From positions 1 to 64,000 of the forward strand of contig JAUCBJ010002550.1 of assembly GCA_032718475.1 (NCBI GenBank): a DNA stretch of 64,000 nt. The letters run 5' to 3'. The position numbers were made by a program, and so were the translations under genes. Of this stretch, positions 48,807 through 60,589 are shown piece by piece. Under the pieces are notes generated by a model that saw only the letters and a program-made list of their open reading frames with translations, made no database searches and was not told where the DNA came from. The DNA is from Nemertoderma westbladi. Taxonomy: Eukaryota > Animalia > Xenacoelomorpha. Every line of letters begins with the position of its first letter. Positions within the stretch are counted from its first letter, which is position 1.

Positions 48807-51769
48807 GATGGTAGTGACACATGAGATGTGTCAACAAATATTACATCTTGGGTTGAATCCCATGATACACCTAATAATTTTTTAGGGTTAGTGACTGGTT
48901 TAAGGTTCATTCCAGCATTTGCCAACATAGAAATAGCATTTCTTAGGAAGTTTTCAGCCTGTAACTGATTATCATGACTATAAAGTACATCATCACAATA
49001 TATAGACTCAATAAAACGGTTCTGAAAATCTGGTTGATCTTGTTCTAAGACATGAAATAAAACAGTGGAATGTAATAAAAAAGAACTAGGTGCTATACCA
49101 AAGGGTAAATATTTAAATTGATAGGCTTTACCATTCCACATTAATTTAACCCACTGTCTATCATCCTGATGGATTTCGACCTGATGAAAGGCTGCCTCAA
49201 TATCAGCAACTACCATATAAGGATGCAATCGAACTCGTAACAGAACATCAACCATTGATGCTAGGAGATTTGGACCAGGGTCTAGGCACGAGTTTATACT
49301 TTCACCTTCAAAATTACACGCTGATCCGTTAAACACTATACGGTACTTATTTGAACTGAAAACTAAATGGTGTGGAAGGAAAAATCCGACATCATTATCT
49401 GTTGCTGCTGGTTCAATTATATTTTGGGAAATAAGCTTGGCAAACTTTTCAGTATAAATACTACATTCATTGGAAGAAAGAGATAATAACATTTTCTTTT
49501 GTTGTGGCATTACCCTGTTATAATTAGAGGATGGTCGTTTATTACACTTAAATGGTAATCTTACTTGATAATGTGGAGGGTTCTCAGTAGAGACCACAGG
49601 TGGAGGATAAGGTGCACAGTTAACTTCCTGTTCTTTAATTCCAACTGACTCCAGATTCCAAAGTTGAGTGACTGACTCCAGGTTCCAAGGTTGTGTCACA
49701 TTGCTTGGTTCAGTTATTAACAAAGATGGAGAAATGCTGTTAATATTAGAAACAGAACCAAAGAATGGACCAGAAAGAACTGTGCCAAAAAATGTTTCAA
49801 CAACTGTTGGACATTTCGGATACTTATAGGCTTCACCAGTAACGGACCAGATCTGATCAGCTCCTATAAGTATGGAAATATCCCTCTCACCTCCATCAAA
49901 ATCATCAGCAAAGTTTGCAATATTGGTAAGATGGTGAGGGAATTTAATAACCTTCTCTTGTCTCATTGTCGGACAGAGTTTATTAGTAGTCCATGCACTT
50001 AGACATATTGGTTGTTCATGATACTGGCTGAAAAGCTTGAAACTAACATGGTTTGATTCAATGGTGGAAATATTGTTTCCAAATGACCCAGTTGTTAGTA
50101 TTGATGATTCTAAAGAAGGAAGAAATAAGTTTGCAGCTAAACTGGATTGGATATAGGATCGTTTTGACCCATCATCTAAATAGATATGAACCCACTTCCC
50201 AATAGAATGATCAGGAGAGGTTATATATGCCTTGGCTAACTTAACAAAAATAATACCATCTGCATTAGACTGCATCACATTACTAACAGATAATGTATTT
50301 GAGGGTTGCATACTTTGACGGTTACTTTGGTTATTACCAACTGCAGATTTGGTCATTTCTGAGTTAGTTGTATTAGTTGAGTGAGTGAAGGGATTTGATG
50401 GTCGAAAGGGATTGGATGTGTGACTTAAAGGCTTACTTCCATTTACACCCTTTGAATTAGTTGGCCAGGAATTTTGAGAAGTCCTGGGGAACTTATTGTA
50501 GCATAGCAGAGTATTATGTCGGCCATTACATTTAAAGCAATTTGTACTGGATGGGCATTCATTGAATCGATGCGGACCTGTACAATTTTTACATAAATTA
50601 GAAGATTGTACAAGTTTGGCTCTCTGAAATGGTTCACGGGAAATAAAATTAGGGCAAGTTCTAAGTTTATGCATTGGGTCTTGAGAATGACAAGCTGGAC
50701 ATCCTGTAATAGGTTTCCTACCAGAAACATCTGATATTGGTAAGGCAGATGCAGATGCAGTGGAACTCTTAGGCCTATGGTAGTAAGGCACAGTAGATGA
50801 CTCACTGTTACAGCTCTTGATATTAAAAGCAAGTGATTCACGGAACTCCAACTCCTGTCGCACAAACTCTAATAAAGCCTTTAAATTAAATCTCTCATGA
50901 GAATGCATACGATTCCACACCAATACCACTTCACTAGGTAATTTTTGGAGAAGTAATGGTGCTAACAATAAGGAGGCTAAATCATTAGAGGCCTCAATAG
51001 TGACAGCTTCTGCTGCTGGTTCTCCTGGTGAAGTAAAAATTTCAGTGGCCAATTGGCGAATTTCCCGAAGGGATGATTCAAATGTATCCATAATTTTTCG
51101 AAACCCATTTAAATCATTTTCTTTAATAGAAGGTAATGCACACAGCTTACTGGCATATAAACCAATTAACAGGTTAGGGTTCCCATAACGCCTTTTTAGA
51201 ATGTTAATAGCTGCTTCATAATTAGTAGATGAAACTGCAAGGCCTGATAAAGATTCCAAAACTGATTTATCTAAACTACTGCGAAGATATACAAACTTTT
51301 GTATATCATCCAACCCTTCTCGAGTGTGAATTAAAGCTTTAAACTGATCCCAAAAGGGCCTCCAGCATAAAAATTCCCCATTAAAAGTAGGTAAGGTTAT
51401 TTTAGGTAAACCACTGGTTGGATTTTTAAATCTAGATGAGGAGCTCTCTTCACTCTCATGGCATGACTGAGCAGCCAGAAATGGTTTATTGTCAACACGT
51501 GACAACATTCGACGGCACTTAAAAATAACTTTATATAAATCCTGGTTATGGGTTGATTTACTTGTATCTTTGTAACCCAACTCAATAAGTTCTGAGTCTA
51601 GTTGATTTAATATCTGGTATTGCTGGTCAGCTAAATCTATATAATAAGCAAATTCATCTGATTCTACTTCATTTTCATTCATATTTCTAAAGTGCTCCAA
51701 ATCTGCTATTAATTTGGTAGACTTACCTCTCTCTGCAGTGCGTCGACCTTTTATTTCATCTACTTCCAT
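48773..51769 (-). CDS. BEL-2 Gag-protease-RT
   Basis: LPKITLPTFNG...FWDQF, QKFVYL, three Cys/His fingers, YLDDGSKRSYI, FFLPHH, SINSCLDPGP, ADIEAAFHQV, IYCDD. Frameshift near 48800. Confidence 0.92.
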   Translation of the reverse strand: MEVDEIKGRRTAERGKSTKLIADLEHFRNMNENEVESDEFAYYIDLADQQYQILNQLDSELIELGYKDTSKSTHNQDLYKVIFKCRRMLSRVDNKPFLAAQSCHESEESSSSRFKNPTSGLPKITLPTFNGEFLCWRPFWDQFKALIHTREGLDDIQKFVYLRSSLDKSVLESLSGLAVSSTNYEAAINILKRRYGNPNLLIGLYASKLCALPSIKENDLNGFRKIMDTFESSLREIRQLATEIFTSPGEPAAEAVTIEASNDLASLLLAPLLLQKLPSEVVLVWNRMHSHERFNLKALLEFVRQELEFRESLAFNIKSCNSESSTVPYYHRPKSSTASASALPISDVSGRKPITGCPACHSQDPMHKLRTCPNFISREPFQRAKLVQSSNLCKNCTGPHRFNECPSSTNCFKCNGRHNTLLCYNKFPRTSQNSWPTNSKGVNGSKPLSHTSNPFRPSNPFTHSTNTTNSEMTKSAVGNNQSNRQSMQPSNTLSVSNVMQSNADGIIFVKLAKAYITSPDHSIGKWVHIYLDDGSKRSYIQSSLAANLFLPSLESSILTTGSFGNNISTIESNHVSFKLFSQYHEQPICLSAWTTNKLCPTMRQEKVIKFPHHLTNIANFADDFDGGERDISILIGADQIWSVTGEAYKYPKCPTVVETFFGTVLSGPFFGSVSNINSISPSLLITEPSNVTQPWNLESVTQLWNLESVGIKEQEVNCAPYPPPVVSTENPPHYQVRLPFKCNKRPSSNYNRVMPQQKKMLLSLSSNECSIYTEKFAKLISQNIIEPAATDNDVGFFLPHHLVFSSNKYRIVFNGSACNFEGESINSCLDPGPNLLASMVDVLLRVRLHPYMVVADIEAAFHQVEIHQDDRQWVKLMWNGKAYQFKYLPFGIAPSSFLLHSTVLFHVLEQDQPDFQNRFIESIYCDDVLYSHDNQLQAENFLRNAISMLANAGMNLKPVTNPKKLLGVSWDSTQDVIFVDTSHVSLPSCVLALPAESW

Positions 51770-53699
51770 ATTTATATATTATATTATTAAACAAATTCGA
51801 CTAAGCAAATAGCATGAATAGCCCAACTGAATAGGTATATCGAAATGGAGAAATATGTATACTCATAGGCTCATTCATATTCTGATATTGCAGTATTGAT
51901 AGGCAGATAGGCGATTAGTGTACCAACAGCTGGTAGAACAGCAGAATGTACCAAAGAAACAACGTCCTTTATCCGGTTCGAAGATTGTGTAAGACTTTAA
52001 TCATTAATAGGGTTTTGCAATCAAGGCGTACTATATACAAGGCCAAATATAAAGCGCAGACATAGTTGGTTAATAATAGGAATATTTAATTATTAATATT
52101 GCATTATCAGCCGATACAATACACTTCTTGTCGAACCCACCACCTTATATTTAGTAATAGTAACTTAAATATGCAAGTGCTGCACGGTACGCTAGGCCTA
52201 TGTAATAGCTGAAAGCTACTAACAGCAATAAACTGCACCGAATGGGAAAAACACAAAGCATTGTATTACAGTGTTGTAAATCACATTACATAAATGGATA
52301 ACGTATTATACAGTTCCGGAGGAAGTATAGCAATGAGATTTTAACGAAAAATCTCACACAGGCGGAGTGCCTTAAATATCTACAAGTCTATACAGGGGGG
52401 GCCAGCCTATGACATCGTGAGGCAATACCAAGGAATTGAAGGAGGATTTACAACAGCGAGGAGAGCCCTGGACAGGGAATTTGGCCATCCTGCGAAGATT
52501 ATCCAACAAACCTTAAGGGGAATTTCATCAGGCGGACTCGCGGATAACCCTGTCAGTATCAAAGCCTTTGCCAACAAAGAACAAAGTAGAGAAGGCATTG
52601 ATAGTTTTGAAGACGCTAGTGCATAGTGCAGGCACTACCGATATGGTTGAGGAATAAATGGAGGAAGATCGATTTCTCCCACTCGAGAAAAGAAGGGTGT
52701 GGAGCCGGGGTTGGAAGAGATGTCGAACTTCCTTAACTACGAAGCCGAGTTGATAATGGATCCAGTGTACAGTGAGGAGAGTCTGGGCAAGGTACCGAAA
52801 GCGGAATATAGCCGACCTAAACCGGAACACAGTGCTGCAGATGCACTTCCGAGAGTGAGGCAATCGTTGCCATATGCAACCATCGAGGGGACTTCTAGTC
52901 CACAGAACAACCATGGTGGCTATAGAGGAAACAACACCCCTAACGCGGGTATGTGCAACCAAAACAACAAACCATCCAACTCGGACATGGACGAAATATG
53001 CAAGACGCTATACAGAGAGTGTTATAATCCGAACTATAGGTGCCAGCTACATAGAAAGCATGTGCATATATGGGAGTCGGCGCATAAGACCATCAATTTC
53101 GACCAGTGACAGGCACTGCTGAAAGAAGATTGATTAGTCTATACAGGGAGATTTGGGTTATGCCACAGATGTGCGGTGGGAGGACATAAGAAGGATAGAG
53201 AACCGATAGATTAGGATAGAGAATGTCTAGAGAACCCACCAAAGTACACTGAGACTGATGGAACTGGAGGCCACAAGATGGCGACGAGCACCATGGGAGC
53301 AAGGAGGAAGGTCCCCTTCCTCCTTGTTCCCATGGTACTACTCGGAGTAGTACCAGTGAGAATAAAAGGAGAAAACGGGCTATCAGTCACAACACTAATG
53401 TTGGTCGAAAGTGGAGCAGCGTTCACGCTAACGGAGAGTTGGGTGGCAGAGAAGATAGGGTTGGAGACCAGGCCAAGTAAGATGGCGGTGACCACGATAT
53501 CGAACAAAGACGAGGTCATGAAGATGAGGATGGATGGTGTGAAATTAGAGCAATAACACCAGGGTGCAACTATGGGGCTACCATCGAACCCATCCAAATA
53601 ATAGAGTCGATCTACATCAACACCAGGCAACCTACAAAGATCGAAAACAGTATCTACAAAGATACGGCATCGACTTCTCCGTACCCGAACTAGATGTGA

Positions 53700-56600
53700 C
53701 CTTTGAGGAATCCGGGTCATTTCGCCACTCGGCGACTAGAGGGTACCCAGAAAATCGATCCGAGTAAACTAAGTAGTGGTAACCTCCGAGAGTAAATAAA
53801 TCCGTAGAAACAGATTCAAAGATTCGAGTAGGTACTGTGTCGAATATAATTTCTTCCTTTGGTTGACTTGTTTGTCGTTCCTGACATAAGATACAACATT
53901 CAACTAGTTGCGTTATTTCATTTGTTATACCTGGCCAATATACCGCACAACGGGCTCTCTGCTTTGTGCGAACAATACCCTGGTGGGCCGCATGGAGGTG
54001 CTGGAGGACTTCTCTCCGTTTATCTTTAGGTATAACGATACGATTTCCATATAATACCAGGCCCTTGTCGATAGATAAATAATCCCAAATCGATTTGAAT
54101 TTCTGTACAAAGGGATGTCGATCACAATTATTTGTAAAAGACGATTGGATGGCAGTGATTAATGCCTGGTAGTCGTTATCGTTTTGGCCAGATAGTCGTA
54201 TATCATCCAAAACCGGGTCAATAATTTCATCTGCACAGACGACAATTGCAATGGAGTTTACAGCAGTTGAGTTTTGGAAGCTTTCCGGTTCATTATTTTC
54301 CTCATCCGGATCGTCCACAGGTGCCCGACTTAAACAGTCTGCTATGCAATGCTGCTTACCACTACGCCATTTAACGATAAATTGGTAATTTGATTGTAAA
54401 TCCGCTTTGACTTTTTGCAGTTTAGCATTATCAACCTGGCTAAGAGAATACGAATTAAATATGTTAATCAATGGTCGGTGGTCTGTAATGACTGTAAATT
54501 CTGGAATTCCTGATAAATATAAATGACATTTCTTAACTGCATACCGGATAGCGAGTGCCTCGAGTTCGATGATGGCGTAACGGCTTTCCGGGTCCGACAG
54601 AAATCGACTGCCGCATAGGATTAAACGCCAGTTTCCTTCTTGATATTGCATCAAGTTGAATCCAAATCCATGTAAACGTGAGGCGTCGGTTTCCAATCGG
54701 GTTTCTTTGTTCGGGTCAAAGCGAGCCAATACAGGCGGTCTAGTGAGGGCACTTTTAGTATTATTGAACGCCTCAGTGTGGACAGGAAGCCATGTGAAGC
54801 TGTTGCGTGTCCGTAATAGATCTCGTAATGGGCCTGCAGTCGCGCTGACATCCGAACTGAAATGTCGCAGTTGGTTGGCCATTCCCATGAAAGAACGTAA
54901 ATCGGTAATATTCTGTGGTATGGGAAGGTCGATTATTGCTTTAACAATATTAGGATTGGCCTCGGTACCATTGCCAGATACAATATAACCAGCATATAAT
55001 AGTTTATCTACTGCAAAGTTGAATTTATTTGGGTTAAGGGTTATTGAATGTTTCCGACAGCGTTCTAGAACTTCGCGAACTCGTAATATGTGGTTGTCAA
55101 AGTTGTCATCTTCAATTAGTATGTCGTCTACAACCTTTGTGACTCTAGAGATGCCTTTCAAGGCCAAATCTCCCCTGAGATTGTATGAATCTCCTGTAGA
55201 AATGTATCCCATTGGGGCGCGGCAATACCGGAAGCGGCCCCATGGAGTGAGGAATGTAGTGAAGTCGCGCGAATTTTCCTCGAGTTCAACTTGCCAGTAT
55301 CCTTTGGTGGCATCGAGGGATGAAAATATTTTAGCTGAAGGAGTAATATTTGATACGGCATCGAAAGGTGTGATAGCATTATGTATGGTGCGGTTAACTT
55401 GGGAGTTCAGTTTCGTTAAATCCGCAGTGATTCGAACACCTCCGTTTGGTTTTTTGGCCACTACCATGGGGTGGCACCAGGGAACTGCGCGGTCTCCAAC
55501 TCGTTCGATAATATTCTTTTTCACCATATCCTCAATTTCTATTCTTGTTTTCTCGCGTAAAGGAAATGGAATGGAGCAGGCTGCATATATTGCAAATGGG
55601 ACAGCGTTTTCACGAAGCTCTATTGCCATTGGTGGGCAGTCCATCATTTTAAGTTGCTCTGATGAGTCGAAAACGTCATGGAATTCGGAAAGTAATGATT
55701 GTTTGATTTCATCCTTAACTTGGTTAACATCATTTACTGGATGTATGGAACGGGATTGTGGAATTGGGATGGGAAATTCCCAATGCACAATTCCTAGATG
55801 ACGGCAAGCTGTAAGGCATAGATAAACATCATTGTGTGGTATATCCCTGCAGATACCTATATTCTCAGAATATATGTTGCCGGATGTACATTCCATGAGT
55901 TTAATTTGAAGAATACCGAGTGTATCGAGACTAGAACCATTTACTCCAATAAGATTTTTGGTATTCGTACTTAAACTGTCAACATTGATATGTAGTTTGT
56001 GTAGTAAACCCATACCGGAAACTGTGATTTCAGCTCCCGTATCGGCGATAACTTTGTGTGTGCCGAGGTAAACGTTGTCAGCTTCTCTATAAAACTCAAT
56101 CTCGACATATGGTTTTGCGGAGTAATTTGTAACTGTAGCAATTAGTACTGCATTGTTTTTATGTCCCGAATTTTGAGAATTGGGAGGATTTGTATTTTTA
56201 GACCGACAAACTGGCTGTAAGTGTCCCTTTTTGCCGCATGCGTTGCAAGTTGAATCCTTAGCCTTGCATTGTTTAGATTCCTCGTGTGGCCATTCTCCTC
56301 CACAACAGTAGCATCGTCTCCCAGTTCCGGATTTCGATGCGCTCCGATTTCTACTCCTATCGCCCCCGGATATATAATTATAATATTTGTTTTTGTATTG
56401 GGTGCGACCACGGGTATTCGCGTTTACCGCCAGGCCCTTTGAAGCCGATCGCAGTTTGGCCTCATCACGCTCTGCTAACTCACGATTACGACATAGAGTG
56501 AGAGTATCAATGAGGTTGAGTGCTGGTTTCTTTGAAAGGAGTTCCTGACGGACTTCCTCATTGCGGAGACCGCAGACGATTAGTGTTGCCAACCAATCGT

Positions 56601-57057
56601 CAGCTGTCATTGTACGCAGCTCTGCATCATCCGCTAACTCGCAAAGTTTTAAGTAAAAATCATCGATGGGCTCCTTATCTTGCTGGCATCTACGAACTAG
56701 TTGGCACCTGTCAACCGCCACATTACGCTGTGACTTTAAGTACTGTCGGATCTGGGTTAACACCTCATTGACAGATTGGTTTGTATCCTGTGGAATTCCA
56801 ACTATTCGATCGATTCGCTGTAAGAATTCTGGAGTGCAGAATGTCCAGAATGTAGATATCTGGTCTCGGCGGGGTTTCTCTTCGAGTTTAACGACTCGTT
56901 GGTAATTAGTCCAGCCGGTTTCCCATCTTTTAAACCCATTGTAATCTATGCTATCATCTAGCGGATCAGGGGGTCGCACTGTAATGCGGATCGCGTCCCT
57001 GGTAGTCGACGGATGGTTAAGTATGTGTAGCATGAGTACCTGTAGTAGGTGAGGCAT
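53700..57057 (-). CDS. Gypsy Gag-Pol (gag C-terminal part, PR, RT, RH, partial IN)
   Basis: CNACGKKGHLQPVC knuckle, IADTGA, LDATKGYWQ, PMG, VVDDIL, TDAS, ELEALAI, TDHRPL, ADCLSR, integrase H..H..C..C, DRFSGY. Confidence 0.93.
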
Positions 57058-57433
57058 TGTTGCCCAACGCCCCGAGTATGCGTGTCAACTCCAAATCATG
57101 GAGGCGTCGTTCCTCCTCTCGCTCAATCCGTCGCTCCACTTCCCGTACTTCTTCCTTTGCGGTCATCATAGAGAATAATTGGTTAATGTAAGTAGCAGTA
57201 TCCAAGGGTGGCTGTGTATCCACACCCGGAGGTTGGGTTTCATTATCTTCGTGTTCTGGATCGGATCGGATCGCATCCCACAGTAATTTCCGGAGTCGCA
57301 CTGTAGACGATTTCACGTCGTAAGGGATGTTCAATGCCGTGAAATAGGCTTTGACATTGTCCCTGCTTAATAGGGGGAGTTCGTCGTATGTGAGTTGAAA
57401 AACTTCCTCGCGTAAGGGAATTGGCGACGCCAT
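57017..57433 (-). CDS. Gypsy Gag N-terminus (overlaps the main ORF in another frame)
   Basis: ATG about 120 nt after the PBS; helical, charged sequence that overlaps the start of the long ORF. Confidence 0.7.
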   Translation of the reverse strand: MASPIPLREEVFQLTYDELPLLSRDNVKAYFTALNIPYDVKSSTVRLRKLLWDAIRSDPEHEDNETQPPGVDTQPPLDTATYINQLFSMMTAKEEVREVERRIEREEERRLHDLELTRILGALGNNASPTTGTHATHT

Positions 57434-58955
57434 ACCGAATCGCAGTACCGGTAGGTTGACGGATAACAGGATAGAGCAATACGATACCGGTACCCATCCG
57501 TTTATTACAGTATTAATTATGTATCTGCGATGCTGAAAATAATCCTACACACTGCGCCATGATGTGTTTCCCAACCATATATGTAATATAATATATGAGG
57601 TCATAATATATATAATGTATAATATAATATCAGTCATCAGTGGGTCCAGTGCTAGTGTTGCTAGCCTGGTACAGATACAATAGCTATGCAGATATATCAG
57701 TACTGCTGTACATACATAGTCCAACCCGTCACCCAAGACAGTATCCAGCATGGCCTATAAGGATATAACAGTGAGGTGAGGAGGAGTGAGGAGATTGGAC
57801 GATAGTGTCCAGGTGAGAAAAATTGTGTGAGGAGAAAGGGCGATCGTCTAAAACAGAGATGCCAGATGACTTGGTACAGCTTAACTCGCAGATGTACCAA
57901 GGATGGGTAGTAAGAACAAGCCCATGGGGACTAGTCTGGAAAACTAGTCCCAAGAAAAATATACCACCCCACATCCAATACTAGATTGGATTCCAGCGGA
58001 ATTGTAGCGCTCTTTAGGTTGATGCTATCTTCTCACCAGGAAGATAGCATGGGGGGGGGAGTGTGAGCGGATTCAATTCCCTGCACCACCCAGCGGAAAA
58101 TTGGGAAAGTGGCGTTTTACCAATTATGGTTGATTAGGTGACATTACCAATATAATGTCACCTAACAACCAAAGGGGGCAATATACATTCCCAGCTACGA
58201 GAAGAGATAACAGGCTACAAGCCATCTCAGGGAAAGCTAGCACGTGCGCACAGAGAATAGGGAGTGCCAGGGGAAAGAGTAGCCAATGGTGGGGCAGATA
58301 GCCACTGTGATTGGAGCGCATCCATTGGTTAGACCAAAGTAGATAGAAGTTTATTGTGTGTATTCATATATTAACCGTTGCCATATTGATTGTGCCTTTA
58401 GTTGGTTTGTACAGTTTAGAGGTCGAATGGTTTTCAACCGTCGTCGCCAGTACTGCTATTCCTATTGTACTGTATTACCGGTACATACTGACATATCTGA
58501 GATTAACAACATTAACATCAGAACTCAGCTTATTCTACCGGCCTTTGGCCTTTCAGCCCCACAGCATTTTAGTCACCAGGAACACGGCGACGCATATCAA
58601 ACCACGACAAAACCCGATCGGGATTCCTTTGCCAACTCAGGGAATCCCATCACAATTTGCTGTACCAGTATCAACATTATTTCCTGTAAGAAAGGTATTT
58701 TCATCAGTATTTAAATTATCAACTACGTTATTATTAATATTAACGTTCCTACTAAACGTATTGTCATTACCCCCCCCCCCCCCCCCCTCCCCCATACGCC
58801 CGGTCACACCAGTTCTGTGTTTGTTGCCCAGTACCTGTAACTGGAGTATTGACAAAGGTTTCCATCACCCCTGGTTCCTCATAAATACTTCCCGAACCAG
58901 CTTCGCTCTCTGTTAAACCCATTTTTGCCAGTTCAAATCGGCGCTTTTGTTTCGC

Positions 58956-59258
58956 CTACTACTACTAGGATCGGCATGCTGCATTGCAGCTGCATTTTTA
59001 AGAATGCTGTGCCGGCTTATCGACAAAATTGCACCGCCACAACTCCCTATCACCCATGACATTTGCTAGATCATCCGCATCTTCAAGGCCAGTGTCCTTT
59101 AAGATGCGTCTCAAGAAAGTCATGGGCTGTCCACCATGCTTATTCACTCCATGAGGCTGCCAAAGTACAAGATTATGCACTGGCTGGTCCTCACGGCGAA
59201 AGCAATTTCCTGCAAAGTGGAGGCGATTTTGTTCCAGTGTCAAGCTCGGGGGAACCAA
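58956..59258 (-). mobile_element. Second, ~300-bp 3' fragment of the same RTE family
   Basis: Near-identical to about 6876-7177, including the 3' UTR and (TAG)n tail. Confidence 0.93.
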
Positions 59259-60210
59259 GAATTGAACACTGGGGAACCCCATTAACTTTAGTTATACAAC
59301 TTGAGCGCGTTTCACCTATGGCGACATATTGCTCTCTGTCAGACAGTGAGAACCAATTGCAGGTACTCTGAGTGGCCCCCATAGCCCCAAGCTTTTGGAT
59401 TACGGTTTGGTGATCTACGCAATCAAATGCTTTACGCAGGTCAATTAGCACCATTCATGTGAGTTGTCCATTATCAATAGACCACGCGTATATGGTTGTC
59501 CAATAGCATAATAGATGACTATGTTGAACATCCTTGCCGGTAACTAGACTGCAGAGGGTTCATAATGTTGTTTGATACCAAGTGGTACACCCATTGGTCG
59601 AATACGATGCGTTCTAGAATCTTTGATAGAATTGGTAATAATGAAATTGGCCGAAAGTTTCCACGAACCAGATTGGATCCTTTTTTCTTGTAAATAGGGT
59701 TTAAGCGAGCAGTTTTGTAGATCTGTGGAAATGTTGATGTTTCTATGGATAAGTTAACAATGTGTGTGAAAGGCTTTACTAGCGAGTCCAGGCCATCCCT
59801 AATAACTCTAGCGGGGATTAGGTCAGGGCCAGTTGCTTTGTTGACATCTACTGTATATTCTGGAATATTTTACCGACTTCAGCTTGTCACCGGGTGAAGT
59901 GAGAATGAATTTGTAATAACCCCTTGGACGGAGTAGTAAGCTGGTACTGTAGCATTGTCGTTATAGAGCCCAGATGGAGTAGGTAACTGGGAAACCAGGT
60001 CATTGGCAATATTTGCGTAGTATTTGTTGAACTCATCGCATATAGTCTTGGTATCGTGACACACATTATCTTGAATTATTAGTCGATTAATTTGTTTGCC
60101 AGAAGCTCCCTATGTCTTTTTGTTGTCGGTCCAATTGTCTTTTAAGCCTTCCAGAGTTTCTTGGTATCGCCATTTGTATCTTCGAGTGTTTTCCTTATAT
60201 GACACTTTTT
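59259..60210 (-). pseudogene. Decayed CR1/L2-group LINE RT fragment
   Basis: EFNKYYANIA, KATGPDLIP, NFRPISILPILSKILERIV, LIDLRKAFDCVDH, GVPQCSILG spread over several frames. Confidence 0.8.
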
Positions 60211-60321
60211 TGGTTTTAATCATGTTATTTATTCTATTCATTTAATTTAATTTAATTTAATATTTCATTTATTATTGTAAAGATGGTTTGGTTTATTATT
60301 TTGGTTAGGGTTAGTTGGTCA

Positions 60322-60466
60322 GGCCTCAACCATAACTAAAACCACAACTGTCATGTAACCCTAACCCTAAGTCATACATAATCTAAGAAATTCCACTAAA
60401 TTTCATAGATTATGACTTAGGGTTAGGGTTACTTACAACATGACAGTTTTAATTATGGTTGAGGCC
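60322..60466. repeat. Imperfect palindrome (MITE-like) containing TTAGGG/CCCTAA units
   Basis: GGCCTCAACCATAA...TAACCCTAACCCTAAGTCATA mirrored by TATGACTTAGGGTTAGGGTTA...TTATGGTTGAGGCC. Confidence 0.75.
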
Positions 60467-60589
60467 GCCACTACTGTAAACCAGCGAGTTTCATACAGTA
60501 TAAAAATCCAATGGCCGTGTGGGTACCCCAAACTGCATATTCCCACATAATAACATACTGGTAACATCAACATTTTTGTAATACAGTTA

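Larger units (their letters stand above)
47420..52312 (-). mobile_element. BEL/Pao LTR retrotransposon (BEL-2), integrase deleted
   Basis: 327-bp LTRs (47420-47746 and 51986-52312, TG...CA) that appear identical. 5-bp TSD GTTCC at 47415-47419 and 52313-52317. Partial tRNA-Tyr-type PBS (CTTCGAACCGGAT) next to the 5' LTR. Confidence 0.95.
53700..57770 (-). mobile_element. Ty3/Gypsy LTR retrotransposon, 3'-truncated within integrase
   Basis: Putative 5' LTR 57560-57770 (TGTTAT...ACATCA on the minus strand) and PBS TGGCGCAGT at 57551-57559. Domain order gag-PR-RT-RH-IN. GTGA flanks both ends (53696-53699 and 57771-57774). Confidence 0.88.
47195..58563 (+). mobile_element. Decayed BEL/Pao element (BEL-3) hosting two nested LTR insertions
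   Basis: Gag reads LPPVEPFKFDGSKPEEYL then, after the BEL-2 insertion, FRRK...ECLKYLQVYTGG...ALDREFGHP. Protease-like VVPVRIKGENG...LVESGAAFTL at 53278-53556. PPT G9AG at 58051-58061 followed by a putative 3' LTR TGTG...CACA (58062-58563). Many stops and frameshifts; no RT/IN and no 5' LTR found. Confidence 0.65.

Noticed and set aside
55019-55801. 260-aa plus-strand ORF and other antisense ORFs over pol genes
   Set aside because: Shadow ORFs antisense to RT coding sequence, with no recognisable domains.
58356-58916. 186-aa hydrophobic ORF as an env-like gene
   Set aside because: Non-ATG start, crosses the putative LTR boundary and a poly-C run; hydrophobicity reflects T-rich DNA.
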